A DNA stretch of 63,878 bases, filler included, from Octopus bimaculoides (GCF_001194135.2; 6 parts of 6 records of this genome joined end to end with filler, not necessarily neighbours in it), one strand, 5' to 3'; shown: positions 42,478 to 55,091, counted from the whole stretch's first letter. The notes: generated by a model not told the origin, from the letters alone. Made by a program: numbers and translations.

Positions 42478-42782
42478 ACTGCGTCAGTTACGACGAGGAG
42501 AATTCCTGTTGATCCGATCAATGGAACAGCCTTCTTGTAAAATTATCCTGCAAGTGGCTGAGCACTCCACAGAAAAGCGTACCCTTAACGTAGTTCTCAG
42601 GGAGATTTAGCGTGACACAGAATGTAATTAGGCTGTCCCTTTGAAATACAGGCACTACTCATTTTTGCCAGCTGAGCGGACTGAAGCAACGTGAAATGAA
42701 GTGTCTTGTTTAAGGACACAACGCGTTGCCGGGTATTGAACTTATGACCTTATGATCGCCTGACCACTAAGCCACGCACCTT
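42478..42782 (-). mobile_element. SINE family E
   Basis: Head GCGTGGCTTAGTGGTC..AGTTCAATACCC, block GTGTCCTTAAACAAGACAC, family-A tail GAGAACTACGTTAAGGGTAC..GATCGGATCAAC..CGTCGTAAC. Confidence 0.75.
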
Positions 42783-42804
42783 CACTATATATACATAATT
42801 TTAG

Positions 42805-42978
42805 CTCTAAGTCAGCAATTTCGTGGGTGAAGGTAATATCGACCCCAGTGCTCAACTGGTGCTTATTTTATCGACACCGAAAGGATTAAAAGTAGGTGAC
42901 CTCCGCAGAATTTCAACTCAGAAAATAAAGACGGAAAAAATGCCGCTAAGGAGTTTGCTCAGCGTGCTAACGATTCTG
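42805..42978 (-). mobile_element. SINE family B
   Basis: Reverse-complement match to the family B head and central motif. Confidence 0.75.
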
Positions 42979-43217
42979 TAATTATTACAATCTATATATC
43001 ATTGTGCTATCTCTCAAAGCCCAACCCCTCGTCCTCGTCGTGAGAGGTTCCAAATGGACCCTACTATACTGTGTANNNNNNNNNNATATATAATTAACAC
43101 AATAGGGTAAAATTTTGATATTAATTAATATCAATTTAATACCAGGAAACCACCACATTAAAAGAATCAGAAGGTTCATAAAAAAATTTTCTGAGATCCT
43201 AAAAGGATTATAGTACA

Positions 43218-43342
43218 TGTGTATATAAAAGAGACCACTAAAGTGGACCGTTAATGTGCTACAATCTTTCTTTGAGAATTTTTTAAATGATCTTTTTCTA
43301 GCACATTAACAGTCCACTTTAGTGGTTTCTTTTATATACACA
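43218..43342. repeat. 44-bp inverted repeat (42/44) with a 37-bp spacer
   Basis: 43218-43261 versus the reverse complement of 43299-43342. Confidence 0.95.
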
Positions 43343-43934
43343 GGAAGGAATTTCAACCATGTTTCGTGGTCTGCTACCACAACAGCTACTTTATAGGATC
43401 CAGTTAGCTCAAGACATCATCAGGAGGAACCACGTCCGGTTTCGGCCCCTACTCCTCTACTGTTTTGATTGTTGCTTCAAAACCTTTTACGTAATCCGTA
43501 TGAAAATCCACAAAAAGATGTCTAAGAGGTCAGCGATTTTGAGGGGAAGGGGTTTACATAAACCCACAGTGTGGGTTTACATAAGAAAAACCTGCAAATA
43601 AGAACAACAGAAGCAACAAAAAAAAAGAACAAAACCTCCGAGAGCTACTGTTTATGACGTTTCAGGCTTTTCCTCGGCGAGTTTATTTCTCCCAAATGGA
43701 CTAGAATACATAGGCACTAATAATGGTAGGCAGAGGCTGTTTAGAGACAAAGGTGATCGGGGGTTTGAGTTCGCCTTCTCAGTAATTTCTATGACTTGTG
43801 CTTGTTATTGTTGCTTTTTACTTTCCTTCTTATAAATTATCGCTTCGTCAAGATATATTTGAAATTAATTTGCCCTTTAAGCATCCTACTTTATCGGTGG
43901 GGGAAAGAGGAGAGGGACATAAAGATTCGTTCAA

Positions 43935-44300
43935 AATTCATTTCAAATTTTTGCACAAGGCCAGCAATTTGGGGGAAGGCGGTAAGTTGTTTATATTGAC
44001 TCCAGTGGTGAACTAGTACTGATTTTATCCACCCTGAAAAGATAAAAGGCAAACTTGATCTCGGCGGAACTTGAACTCAGGACGTAAAGAAGGACGAGAC
44101 GCCGCTAAGCATTTTGCCCGGTATGTTAACGATTCTGTCAGTTTACCATCTTAGGAGGACTAAATACTGATTTCAAATTTTGGCACAAGGCCAGCAATTT
44201 CGGTGCTGGAGTTTGCCGATTACACCGACCCCAGAGTTCAATTGGCATTTATTTTATCGTCCCTGAAATGATGAAAGGCAAAGTCGACCTCGGCGAGATG
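43935..44300 (-). mobile_element. Two tandem reverse copies of SINE family B
   Basis: Both carry CAAATTTT(G)GCACAAGGCCAGCAATTT and the central motif in reverse orientation. Confidence 0.78.
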
Positions 44301-46063
44301 GGAGGACTAAATATTGAGAACTATTATTATCAGGTTACAAACTCAGATAACTTGAACAGTGAAGAGGTATTTTAATGTTGGCCCATGTCATGGTCCACGA
44401 GTTATTTGGAGAATGACGCATTCACCAGAGCAGCGAACATACTGTTTTGTACTAAATAGTTAATTAGTTAATCAACTTGATGATCTGAATTGAAATCCTG
44501 CCCATTGTAGATAAAATAAGAACAACAGTGAAGAGGGGAGGATCAATCAAACTGACAATAATCCTCTTTTAAAATGTGTCAATGTTAGAACTCACTTTGA
44601 GACAGCCAGGGATGGTCGGAGTGGTTATTTGATTTGCAGATCATATAGCTGTATGATCTAATTTCACATTACTCCAAAAACAGGGTGGGACTCGTTACAA
44701 TTTCCATTTAGGAAGAAAAGAATGGTCATGCTTGAATGATACAGAAAGCAAATTTGCTCATTTAGGACTGACCATGGGTTAAACAAAGCCACATCATATT
44801 TTTAAAACATGACTTGATATTTATTAAACGTTCAGTATTTGTTTACATATTTATGTTTGTCACAGAAGGATCTGGTAAGACGTGACTTCACGCCAATTCT
44901 CCTAATTTCCTCTGCATCAATTCATATCTTAATCACATAAAGAATTAAAGGAATTTGTACATTCCTCGAGTCATACAAGTAATACATAAATACATACATA
45001 CATAATACATACATACATACATGCATGCATGCATACATATAGACACACTGCGCGGGAAAGTCGGGGATTTGGATGTGTATACTTCACATACATATATACG
45101 TATACACATTATATATATATATATATATATATNNNNNNNNNNNNNNNNNNNNNNNNNNNNNNNNNNNNNNNNNNNNNNNNNNNNNNNNNNNNNNNNNNNN
45201 NNNNNNNNNNNNNNNNNNNNNNNNNNNNNNNNNNNNNNNNNNNNNNNNNNNNNNNNNNNNNNNNNNNNNNNNNNNNNNNNNNNNNNNNNNNNNNNNNNNN
45301 NNNNNNNNNNNNNNNNNNNNNNNNNNNNNNNNNNNNNNNNNNNNNNNNNNNNNNNNNNNNNNNNNNNNNNNNNNNNNNNNNNNNNNNNNNNNNNNNNNNN
45401 NNNNNNNNNNNNNNNNNNNNNNNNNNNNNNNNNNNNNNNNNNNNNNNNNNNNNNNNNNNNNNNNNNNNNNNNNNNNNNNNNNNNNNNNNNNNNNNNNNNN
45501 NNNNNNNNNNNNNNNNNNNNNNNNNNNNNNNNNNNNNNNNNNNNNNNNNNNNNNNNNNNNNNNNNNNNNNNNNNNNNNNNNNNNNNNNNNNNNNNNNNNN
45601 NNNNNNNNNNNNNNNNNNNNNNNNNNNNNNNNNNNNNNNNNNNNNNNNNNNNNNNNNNNNNNNNNNNNNNNNNNNNNNNNNNNNNNNNNNNNNNNNNNNN
45701 NNNNNNNNNNNNNNNNNNNNNNNNNNNNNNNNNNNNNNNNNNNNNNNNNNNNNNNNNNNNNNNNNNNNNNNNNNNNNNNNNNNNNNNNNNNNNNNNNNNN
45801 NNNNNNNNNNNNNNNNNNNNNNNNNNNNNNNNNNNNNNNNNNNNNNNNNNNNNNNNNNNNNNNNNNNNNNNNNNNNNNNNNNNNNNNNNNNNNNNNNNNN
45901 NNNNNNNNNNNNNNNNNNNNNNNNNNNNNNNNNNNNNNNNNNNNNNNNNNNNNNNNNNNNNNNNNNNNNNNNNNNNNNNNNNNNNNNNNNNNNNNNNNNN
46001 NNNNNNNNNNNNNNNNNNNNNNNNNNNNNNNNNNNNNNNNNNNNNNNNNNNNNNNNNNNNNNA

Positions 46064-46730
46064 ATTCATAGGGCAGACCATCGAGACCCGGCGACTTCTC
46101 CCCGGGGCATTCACCTAGCACCTCAATAACCTCCTCAGCCGTGATTGGCCCTTCACAGCACTCAGCCTCTCGTGCCGATAGACGCGGGCCACCAGACAGG
46201 GAATCCCTAAGGGCCTTACCATGATCCAGCGTCCCGCCCCTCCCGAACAACTCGGCAAAGTGCTTGTAAAGTGCCTCACACATCTCATCCTGTCCCTCGA
46301 CCGAACTCCCATTGTCATCAATAAGAGACCTTATTGTGGCATCATTGCCACGCTGGGTTTCTACTGTACGGGCCCATCCGGTAACATTAATTTCCTGACG
46401 GCCTAATGCGTGCACTTTAGCCCGAACTCTACACCCCTCGTGTTTGATTTTGAGGTGACGATCGAGGGCCGTTATCGCTGCCAAAATGTGGGATGCAGAG
46501 TCCAAACTCAACGCCTCCTCTAGGTCCTTAACTAGTTGCCCTTCTATTCTAGCCTTATATAGTCTTAACTGGTGGCTAAACTTAACAGAATCGAAAGGAA
46601 TGGCTCTCTTGAGGGCGAACCACCACTGGTTATTAACCATAGCGCCGGTTAACACACTCTGTGTTAGTTTATATGATTTACTTGACTTTCCGGTATCCTT
46701 TATTTCATTTTTTTTTAAATAAATCAAACG
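46064..46730 (-). mobile_element. Tx1/L1-like LINE ORF2 internal fragment
   Basis: Open frame with WWFALK..., CEGPITAEEV..., KSPGLDGLPYE preceding the RT domain. Confidence 0.85.
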
Positions 46731-46931
46731 AGTTCAAACTATATACCCAGCAGCCTGTAAGGCCCAGCAGCTATATTTTCTTTCCTTCATTGGAAAAATC
46801 TAATATTTTCTTTCCTTCATTGATGATTAAGCTGGGTTACTGACACCCACTTTTCTCATCACATCCTTCCAGCGTTTCTCATAATCTCTCTGCTGCAGTG
46901 TCTTCCTCTCCAACCCCGTTTTGCTCTTCAG

Positions 46932-48570
46932 ATGGTACATGGAGTAGGTTATCAAACCCGAGCCACACATTCACAGACATCAAAAAGGTTTGACAAAGTA
47001 TGTGACTACCTAACCTATTTTGATTGGAAGACTAGCTACTTCTACGGTCTCCCAAAAATCCATAAGAATCGAAATATTAAGAATGCATGTAAAGGACCAA
47101 CTTCAAGTTGCATAAACATACAGTATCCCACCGAACTTAAATTTATACCAATCATAGCAAGCCCGAACTGTGAAGCACACAGACGCAGCAACTTTTTAGA
47201 TATATTACTGAAACCTATTTTAAAATACATACCTTGTAGGGACGACCTGGACCTGTTAAACCACCTCCCAAAAATCCATAAACAATGATACCTCTATTGT
47301 AGTGTTTGCTGTAGCAAACATCTATACCACAGTCACACACCAATATGGACTAGAAGCAATAAATTTCTGGCTTGAGAAAATCCCTCATGAAATTTTATCC
47401 TCAGAAACAACTGTTTTTTTTACTTCGATGGGAATATTTACAAACAAATAACTGGGACTGCAATGGGGACAAATGCTGCTCTAACTTACGTCTGTCTAGT
47501 CATGGCATGCATGGAGGTCCAGATTTATGAACAATCTAAATTAATATATGGCTTGATCTTCCACAAATATCTACTAAAATATCTACGTTACTTAAATGAC
47601 TGCCTAATCCTATGGACGCACACATTTGAACAGCTTATAGATTTCAAAAATCTAATCAGCAACATAAACAGTAATATTAACTTTACCATGGAATTAATTA
47701 AAATTCATCTACCATTTCTGGATATACTAAACATCAAAAAAGATAAAAACATTGAAACAGATGTTCACCACAAACAAACAGATTCTAAACAATACTTACT
47801 ATTCTCCTCATGCCATCCCAAAGACACAAAGAATAATATCCCCTTTAATCTTGCAAGAAGAATCTGCACAATTGTCTCAAACCCTGAAAGTCGCAATAAA
47901 ATGCTCCAGGAATTAAAACAAGTACTACTTAAAAGACAATATCCGTTAATGCTAATAGACAACGGAATAGAATGTGCCAAAGCAATGAATATTGAAGAAC
48001 TACGAAAAACGCTCCAGGTACATCCAGTACTCTGCCCTTTATTACAACACACAACTCAAGAAACATAGAGGTTTACAATATCATCCACCATAACATTCCA
48101 CTACTAAAACAAAACCCAAGAATGAAACAAGCATTCGAAATACACAAAATAATCAAAAGTAAATGACAATCAAAGCCCATCAAAAATCCTTCACAGGAAA
48201 AATCTTTCACAATTCCTACACTAACAGTCAAAAAGTGTGGCCGCTCCAATTGCGAGACATGCATCAACCTTGTTGAAGACACAAAATTCAAATCAGGACA
48301 GACTTTTACCGTAAAAAAATCACTTTATATGTTCTTCAAGAAATTTGACATATGCTATCAAATGTCAAGGATGTAATGAAAATTAGGTCAAACAAAGCTT
48401 ATTCTAAGAAATAGATTGACCATTCACCGACAACAAATACAAAACCTCTGTACTAGACAGATTCCATTTAGTGGACATATAAACATATGTCCAAAAAATA
48501 AGTCTCCCAAATTCCAAATCCTCCCATTTTACCTATGTTCAGCGAAAAGCACAGATGAAGCACGGATAAA
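46932..48570 (+). mobile_element. Defective Penelope-like retroelement (RT + GIY-YIG endonuclease)
   Basis: YGLPKIHK, PIIASPN, GTAMGT, RYLND (RYIDD-like), FTME..LPFLD, SCHP, then C..C.TC and C..C..GQT..LRNR..IHRQ; several stops and frameshifts. Confidence 0.9.
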
Positions 48571-48672
48571 CAAAAGTACAAATCAAGACTTAACAAAAGT
48601 ACAAACCAAGACTTAACAAAAGTACAAACCAAGACTTAACAAAAGTACAAACGAAGACTTAACAAACAGTAC
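48570..48672. repeat. 23-bp tandem repeat, 4+ copies (ACAAAAGTACAAACCAAGACTTA)
   Basis: Units start at 48570, 48593, 48616 and 48639. Confidence 0.95.
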
Positions 48673-49099
48673 ATACACAAATAGCTATTCACACACAAAA
48701 TTCATTCTGCCACTTATCATGAGGAGCTACACAGCTGACAATATAATCTTTAGCCACTGGACTACATACAAATGACACCTGTCCACTCTCCCACCAGACA
48801 GATTAAGTTTGGAGTGCCTTGATTATAACTAAACATGTTCACTCAACTGTGTCAGTATTTTTAGGCACAAAATATACTGTCACGTGACACTAACACACGA
48901 ACGTAGCAGGGAACATACAAAAGGTTATAAATTTAATTGTGTTCATTCTCTACAAACGTTTGACAGAAAACATTCAGAGCCTTGATTGTTTGGATATGTT
49001 CAGTCAACCGTGACAGCCTTAACTTACGATGCCAAACATTGTCACTTGATACTAACACACTAACATCCTCTACCAATCAAATCTTATTCGAAACATATA

Positions 49100-49936
49100 T
49101 TAGGTTGTCCTGAAAGTTCGTACCGATTTATAGTAGCTTACCTTTCGACTTATTTTAGAACATGGTTGAGTCCCATAAAATAAGATTTGATTACACCTCA
49201 ATTCAGAGCACAGTTTTAGCTATCTTTACGTGGAAGCAGGTTTATGTTCTTATAACCTGTGTTAGTTCTGTAACCCTTTAAAATGGAAGATAAGAAAGTT
49301 CATTTTCGGCACTTGGTGCTTTTCTTTTTCCGTAAAGGGGAAAATGCCTCCCAAGTAACCAAAGAAATATACGTAGTTTACGGTGATGTTTCTTTATCCG
49401 AAAGAACTGTACGGAAGTGGTTTGCAAGGTTCCGAGCTGGAGATTGTAGCCTTGTTGATAAAGAGTGATCAGGCAGACCATCCACTACAGATGATGACCA
49501 AATCAAGTCATTAATTGAGAATAACCCACATTGCACAACCCGAGAATTGGCAGAAAGCCTCAGCCTATCAAAATCCGTCGTTGATGAGCACCTGGTAAAG
49601 CTTGGGTACGCAAATCGCTACAATGTTTGGGTACCACATGAGTTGAGTGACAAGAACCTTTTGGATCGCATTTCCATCTGTGATTCGCTTTATAAACGGA
49701 GTGAAAACGCTCCTTTTTTAAAGCAAATTGTGACAGGTGATGAGAAATGGATTATCTACCGAAATGTTCAGAGAAAGCGATCCTGGAGTAAGCGACATGA
49801 GCCACCCTTAGCCACCCCAAAAGCGGGTCTTCACTTTGTGTCTGGTAGGATTGGAAAGGAATTCTGTACTATCAGTTTCTCCCAAGTAACCAGACATTTA
49901 ATTCTGAGAAATACTGCACACAACTGGACGAGTTAN
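49100..49936 (+). pseudogene. Defective mariner transposon: left TIR and transposase (ATG 49283) running into a gap
   Basis: TA then TTAGGTTGTCC TIR start; HTH region, WVPHEL and TGDEKW motifs; in-frame TGA at 49466-49468; deletion/frameshift near 49826. Confidence 0.92.
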
Positions 49937-50749
49937 NNNNNNNNNNNNNNNNNNNNNNNNNNNNNNNNNNNNNNNNNNNNNNNNNNNNNNNNNNNNNNNN
50001 NNNNNNNNNNNNNNNNNNNNNNNNNNNNNNNNNNNNNNNNNNNNNNNNNNNNNNNNNNNNNNNNNNNNNNNNNNNNNNNNNNNNNNNNNNNNNNNNNNNN
50101 NNNNNNNNNNNNNNNNNNNNNNNNNNNNNNNNNNNNNNNNNNNNNNNNNNNNNNNNNNNNNNNNNNNNNNNNNNNNNNNNNNNNNNNNNNNNNNNNNNNN
50201 NNNNNNNNNNNNNNNNNNNNNNNNNNNNNNNNNNNNNNNNNNNNNNNNNNNNNNNNNNNNNNNNNNNNNNNNNNNNNNNNNNNNNNNNNNNNNNNNNNNN
50301 NNNNNNNNNNNNNNNNNNNNNNNNNNNNNNNNNNNNNNNNNNNNNNNNNNNNNNNNNNNNNNNNNNNNNNNNNNNNNNNNNNNNNNNNNNNNNNNNNNNN
50401 NNNNNNNNNNNNNNNNNNNNNNNNNNNNNNNNNNNNNNNNNNNNNNNNNNNNNNNNNNNNNNNNNNNNNNNNNNNNNNNNNNNNNNNNNNNNNNNNNNNN
50501 NNNNNNNNNNNNNNNNNNNNNNNNNNNNNNNNNNNNNNNNNNNNNNNGGGTGTTGGTGTTGATTTCGTTAGAACGTGAGTTAAATTGTTATATACTGCTA
50601 TCATATATTGTTGTAAGTTTCCCCGTGCGAGTGAACCAGGATCAGTTAAATTGTTAAATTGTTGAATTGTTAAATTGCTGAATTTCTGTCGCTGTGTGTG
50701 CCTGTTTTGGAAAATTGTTTCTTCCCCATTATGGGTGAAGTGGGAAAAG

Positions 50750-51860
50750 GACGAGAAATGGAACGTGTCGCAAGTTATGCATCCGCAACTACAAAAGGTA
50801 TTACGACCAACACCCTTGAAGTTCGCGAGATAAAAATAGACACAAAGGAATAGAAAAAGGAAACAAATTGTTACAAAAGGAAGGGGGCAGCTTAAAGCTG
50901 ACCCCACCAGAAGAAGTGACGAAGAATATAGCAAGGAAAACGGTTGTGTACAGGACGTTATCAACCGTCATCAAAAAAATAGAGATTGCCCCAAATAGAG
51001 GCAATTGAGGAATGTCTACGTGACGTGAAAGGATTAAGCACCTTCTATACACGTGGGAGAAAATACAGAACAGTGGAGGTTAGGTTCTCCAGCGAGGAGG
51101 ACGCTTTTAACCTTTCCACTGAACCGATAAGGACACAAGAGTGGGTGCTGCTGCTGATGTACTATGGCAAAGTGTTGCCAGAGTGAGAGTCGGCAGAGTG
51201 TCCCCCGAGATCGAAGAGGCATGACTGGTAGCAGCAGTCATGCACAGAATGGAGGAAGATGCAAGGATTCTAAGCATAACCAGAACGAAGGAAGTCAATT
51301 GGTTGGGCTACGTCCTAGAAATCACAATTCAAGTTGGGTTAAAAGACCTACATGGAATTATAGAAGAGATTCTTCAACCGGAAGACATTACGCTAAGAGT
51401 GGTGGTGGAGGGAACACCTCCAACATATTTTCTATGCAAATAAAAAGGACACACGAAAGAATAGTGCCCTCAGCAAGAAAGTGAAATAGAGGAACAACAA
51501 GAGCAGCCCACCGAAGAGGAAGGGTCGGAAATAGAGGAAAATAAATAGGAGACATTTATTGCTGTAAATAAGCGAAAGAGAAAGGAGTGAGGGAGCTCTC
51601 CGACAGAGAACTAAAAACGAAAGAAGGGAGTAGAGGAGAAAATAGTGGAGGTACAGAGGAACTGGGCAGATATACCAGCAGTAGTGTCACAACATAGAGT
51701 GGAGGATATAATGGTGGACGATGGTGGTTATGTACAGACGGAGGAACCAAAGGAAATGACTAGCGCGTACAGTACAAGTTTGGGGAATAAACAAGCAAAT
51801 ATCAATAAGAAAAGGTTGCATGTAGTAACATATTTAAAAAGTACCGCCACAGAGCGGAAA
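50750..51860 (+). pseudogene. Degenerate LINE ORF1 of the same family
   Basis: KYRTVEVRFSSEEDA..VLLLMYYGK, LRVVVEG..YFLCK*KGHTKE*CP; stops and frameshifts. Confidence 0.8.
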
Positions 51861-52008
51861 TAACGTGGTTTAAAGGTGCCATGAGGATTAAATTACCAGC
51901 TGAACGTTTATGTAATTTATGTAAGCTGGTTTTTGTATATAATATACATGTTAGCATATATTATAATGGATGTAGGGATGATTATGGAATGTTTATTATT
52001 TTGATATT

Positions 52009-52108
52009 NNNNNNNNNNNNNNNNNNNNNNNNNNNNNNNNNNNNNNNNNNNNTTAATTAATTAANNNNNNNNNNNNNNNNNNNNNNNNNNNNNNNNNNNN
52101 NNNNNNNN
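52009..52108. other. Artificial contig-join spacer
   Basis: TTAATTAATTAA at 52053-52064. Confidence 0.95.
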
Positions 52109-52346
52109 CGGGTGGCACATAAAAGACACCATTTCGAGCGTGGCCGTTTTCGTGCGGGTGACACGTAAAAGCACCCACTACACTCTCTGAGTGGTTGGCG
52201 TTAGGAAGGGCATCCAGCTGTAGAAACTCTGCCAAATCAGACTGGAGCCTGGTGTTGCCATCCGGTTTCACCAGTCCTCAGTCAAATCGTCCAACCCATG
52301 CTAGCATGGAAAGCGGACGTTAAACGATGATGATGATGATGATGAC
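52109..52346 (+). mobile_element. Family D element, young, ending 20 nt before a GTPBP4 acceptor
   Basis: Near-identical to the reverse complement of 62420-62685 apart from a ~22-bp indel; (GAT)6 tail. Confidence 0.9.
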
Positions 52347-52366
52347 TATTTTGTTTTCTTTTTTAG

Positions 52367-52511
52367 AATACATGAAAAGAGACAACTGATGATCTTAGAG
52401 TCACGAGAAAGGCGAAAGGCATCAAAAATACCAAGATCTAAATTAGTTGTTGGAACTGTTGGTGATTTGGAGCAACAAATGGATGACTTGGGCTTACAGT
52501 TAGAACGTGCA
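52367..52511 (+). CDS. GTPBP4: GTPBP4/NOG1 antepenultimate coding exon (IHEKRQLMILESRERRKASKIPRSKLVVGTVGDLEQQMDDLGLQLERA)
   Basis: Acceptor ttttgttttcttttttAG (52365-52366), donor GTAAGT at 52512; 145 nt, splices in frame to the next exon. Peptide is colinear with the recalled GTPBP4 segment IREKKKLKILESKEK...PRMPR...LEKEMRSLG. Confidence 0.93.
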
Positions 52512-53176
52512 GTAAGTTTTTTGCTGAATACATTTTGATTGATTTAACTTCAGTTTTAAACATTTTATTATACAGAATCAGTGTAAGTTAGTTTGAATGA
52601 TAAGTCCACTCTGCTGGGTGGTTGGTGATACAAAGGGCATAGAAAGAAGTTTATTTAATGTGTATAAATAATTTTTTGTTCAAATTATGAAGTGAACTTA
52701 AAATTTTCAATTTAGTTGAAATTTATATGACAATATAGAACACGCTGTTCAGAAATTTTACTCAAAATTAGTTGGACATAGTTATTAATTAATAGTAGTT
52801 AGTTTATTCTCAAAAATTTAACAGCCATTTATATACTGATAATATATGTAAAAGTGGCTACAGAATAGCATGTTTTAATGTGTCGTCATAGTGAGCAAAT
52901 TACAGAGTGAACAAAAAAAATATTTCGTAAAAATGAATAACAAACCAGTTCGGAAGAAGGCTGACTGTCTTGCAGTAGGTGTGGGATAAATAGAAATTAG
53001 AATGTGGCTGAGCAATAACAAATCCCACATACTCAGTTTCAACACATAATGAAGTGTTTTTTTTTAACACCTATGAAAAATTAAAGCCTAATGTATATTT
53101 TGATTTCATTTCAGTTTCTCCTTTGATTAATTCATGTTGTTTGAAGCCATTCATTATATGAATATTTCTGTTTCAG

Positions 53177-53311
53177 GAGAAAAACTACTCAACACAAAGA
53201 TCCCGTAGTACAACACGCAGGCCTTTGAAACGAAAGAGAGAAGATTCTCAAGCAGCCATGCGTAGCTCTTCCAGGACTCCTCGAGATCGATCTGGTTTAC
53301 GAGATGAAACG
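53177..53311 (+). CDS. GTPBP4: GTPBP4/NOG1 penultimate coding exon (EKNYSTQRSRSTTRRPLKRKREDSQAAMRSSSRTPRDRSGLRDET)
   Basis: Acceptor tttctgtttcAG, donor GTACAT at 53312; 135 nt, phase 0/0. RSRS-KRKREDS-SRTPRD-SGLRD motifs typical of the NOG1 C-terminus. Confidence 0.95.
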
Positions 53312-54514
53312 GTACATAAAATATATTTTTTCACCTTAATAGATATGCCATGTTTGTTGGTGGATGTATTAGATACACCTTAACTTCAACAGCATATATT
53401 AAGGGGAAAACATTCTTAGTGCATTATATAGGCCTAACTTCACATATAGGACTTGGGGGGGATTTTTTTTTTGAGACTTTTGTCTTCTGTGAAAAGTGTC
53501 GTATATGTCATCAAATATAGCAGCTATTTTCTTTCTCCTTACTTGGAATTGCTTTGTTCCTTATTGTTAATCATATAGTGTGATACACTATATGATATGA
53601 CCATTGTTATTATTGTCGATGCTGCTATATAGTTTTGTGGTTTATTTTGAATACTAATATTTACCAGTTTTGTTTTTCTAGATTATTTTCTTGAGTGGCG
53701 AAAGGTTTTTTTTTTATTATTTTGGTTGTGTGTAGTTTTGAATGTTTTGTGGGGTTTTTTGTAAGGTTAGCCATTTCTGATGTGTAATTTAGGTTGTAAT
53801 TTTTACATTGTTTTGTGGGATACGTTTTTCCTTTTAGCTATGTCTATAATTATTTTACTGCAATGTCTCTGCTGTTGGTGATTGTGGGAACTCTTAGTTT
53901 CACTTTTTTCATACGTTTTTATGTGTGATAAGACCATTCCATCATAAAGACACGTCTTTCTAGTCTGAGTGAGTGAATTTTGGAATGCAGTATCTTGCTA
54001 GTAAGAATGTTTTCTGGATTACAGCTGCATGAATTTGCATGTTGATAAAATTTTGTAGTTCTAGAATGATGTCATTAGTGTTGTATTGCAAAATGTTAAG
54101 ATTTTTCTTGGGTGGAACGTTTATTTTTTAATTTATAGTGTGCAGGCCTGTGATATTACGAAGGGAGGCTATCGATATAGCCTCCGTTTTTATAGTTGTT
54201 GCTGTTAATATTGGTAGTCATGTAAAATAGTGTATTTTCCTGGATTACTTGTAAATGTTTGATTGAGTTTATGTGACTATTTTGAAAATTTTGTAAAACA
54301 CTTCTTGTAGAAAGTGGTAAAATAACTTCTAGTATATTGTCAGGTCACTTTGTCTTGAGCAGGGTTTGGTTTTACATTTCTTTCATTCTTCAGGAGATGG
54401 AAGGTCAATTAAAAATAGTACCACTAATATACTGAAGTTAATTAGTTCCTTAGAGACTTCTCCCAACCAAAATGTCCCAAATTTAGAAGTTAATGTATTT
54501 TAATATATCTAAAG

Positions 54515-54715
54515 TGACAATTTGGCAAAACTCTTCACACGCCAGACGAAGTTGTTAGTGATATTTTTCTCAGCTTTTTAAATTCTGAATTCAAATTTTG
54601 CCAAGGTTGACTTAGCCTTTCATCTATTCATAAGTACTGGTTGAGTACTGGGATTAATGTAATCGACTTACTCACTCCCCTCAAAATTGCTGCCCTTGTT
54701 TCTCAGTTAGAAATT
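54515..54715 (+). mobile_element. Diverged SINE family B in the last GTPBP4 intron
   Basis: TTCTGAATTCAAATT..GTTGACTTAGCCTTTCATC..AAGTACTGG motif. Confidence 0.65.
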
Positions 54716-54938
54716 ATATTTTAATATATCTGTAATTATTAATTAACCATTTCAACTCTAGGATAAATAAATGCCTTTTAAAAATTAATAAAAATCATTT
54801 CATATGATTTTTATGAAGATTTCCAAAGCCGCTGGAACTTAAATTATTCTTGTAAAGAAATGAAACAAAACAAAAATTGTATGTATTGCATATATTATTT
54901 TTCACATGTTCATTAAAATCTAATTTTAAATATTTCAG

Positions 54939-55091
54939 ATGGTCAATAAAGTAAGAAAGATGACACGCAAGGCTATGAAGTCCTTCACAATGGACGGACG
55001 TAAAGGAGAATCTGATCGACACATTCATGATTTGAAACCAAAACATATTTTCAGTGGTAAACGTGGTATTGGAAAGACACAGAGACGATAA
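54939..55091 (+). CDS. GTPBP4: GTPBP4/NOG1 terminal coding exon ([50 protein letters not shown])
   Basis: Acceptor tatttcAG, 153 nt ending TAA. Ends in the hallmark NOG1 motif GE.DRH..D.KPKH..SGKR..GK..RR. Confidence 0.97.
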   Translation: MVNKVRKMTRKAMKSFTMDGRKGESDRHIHDLKPKHIFSGKRGIGKTQRR

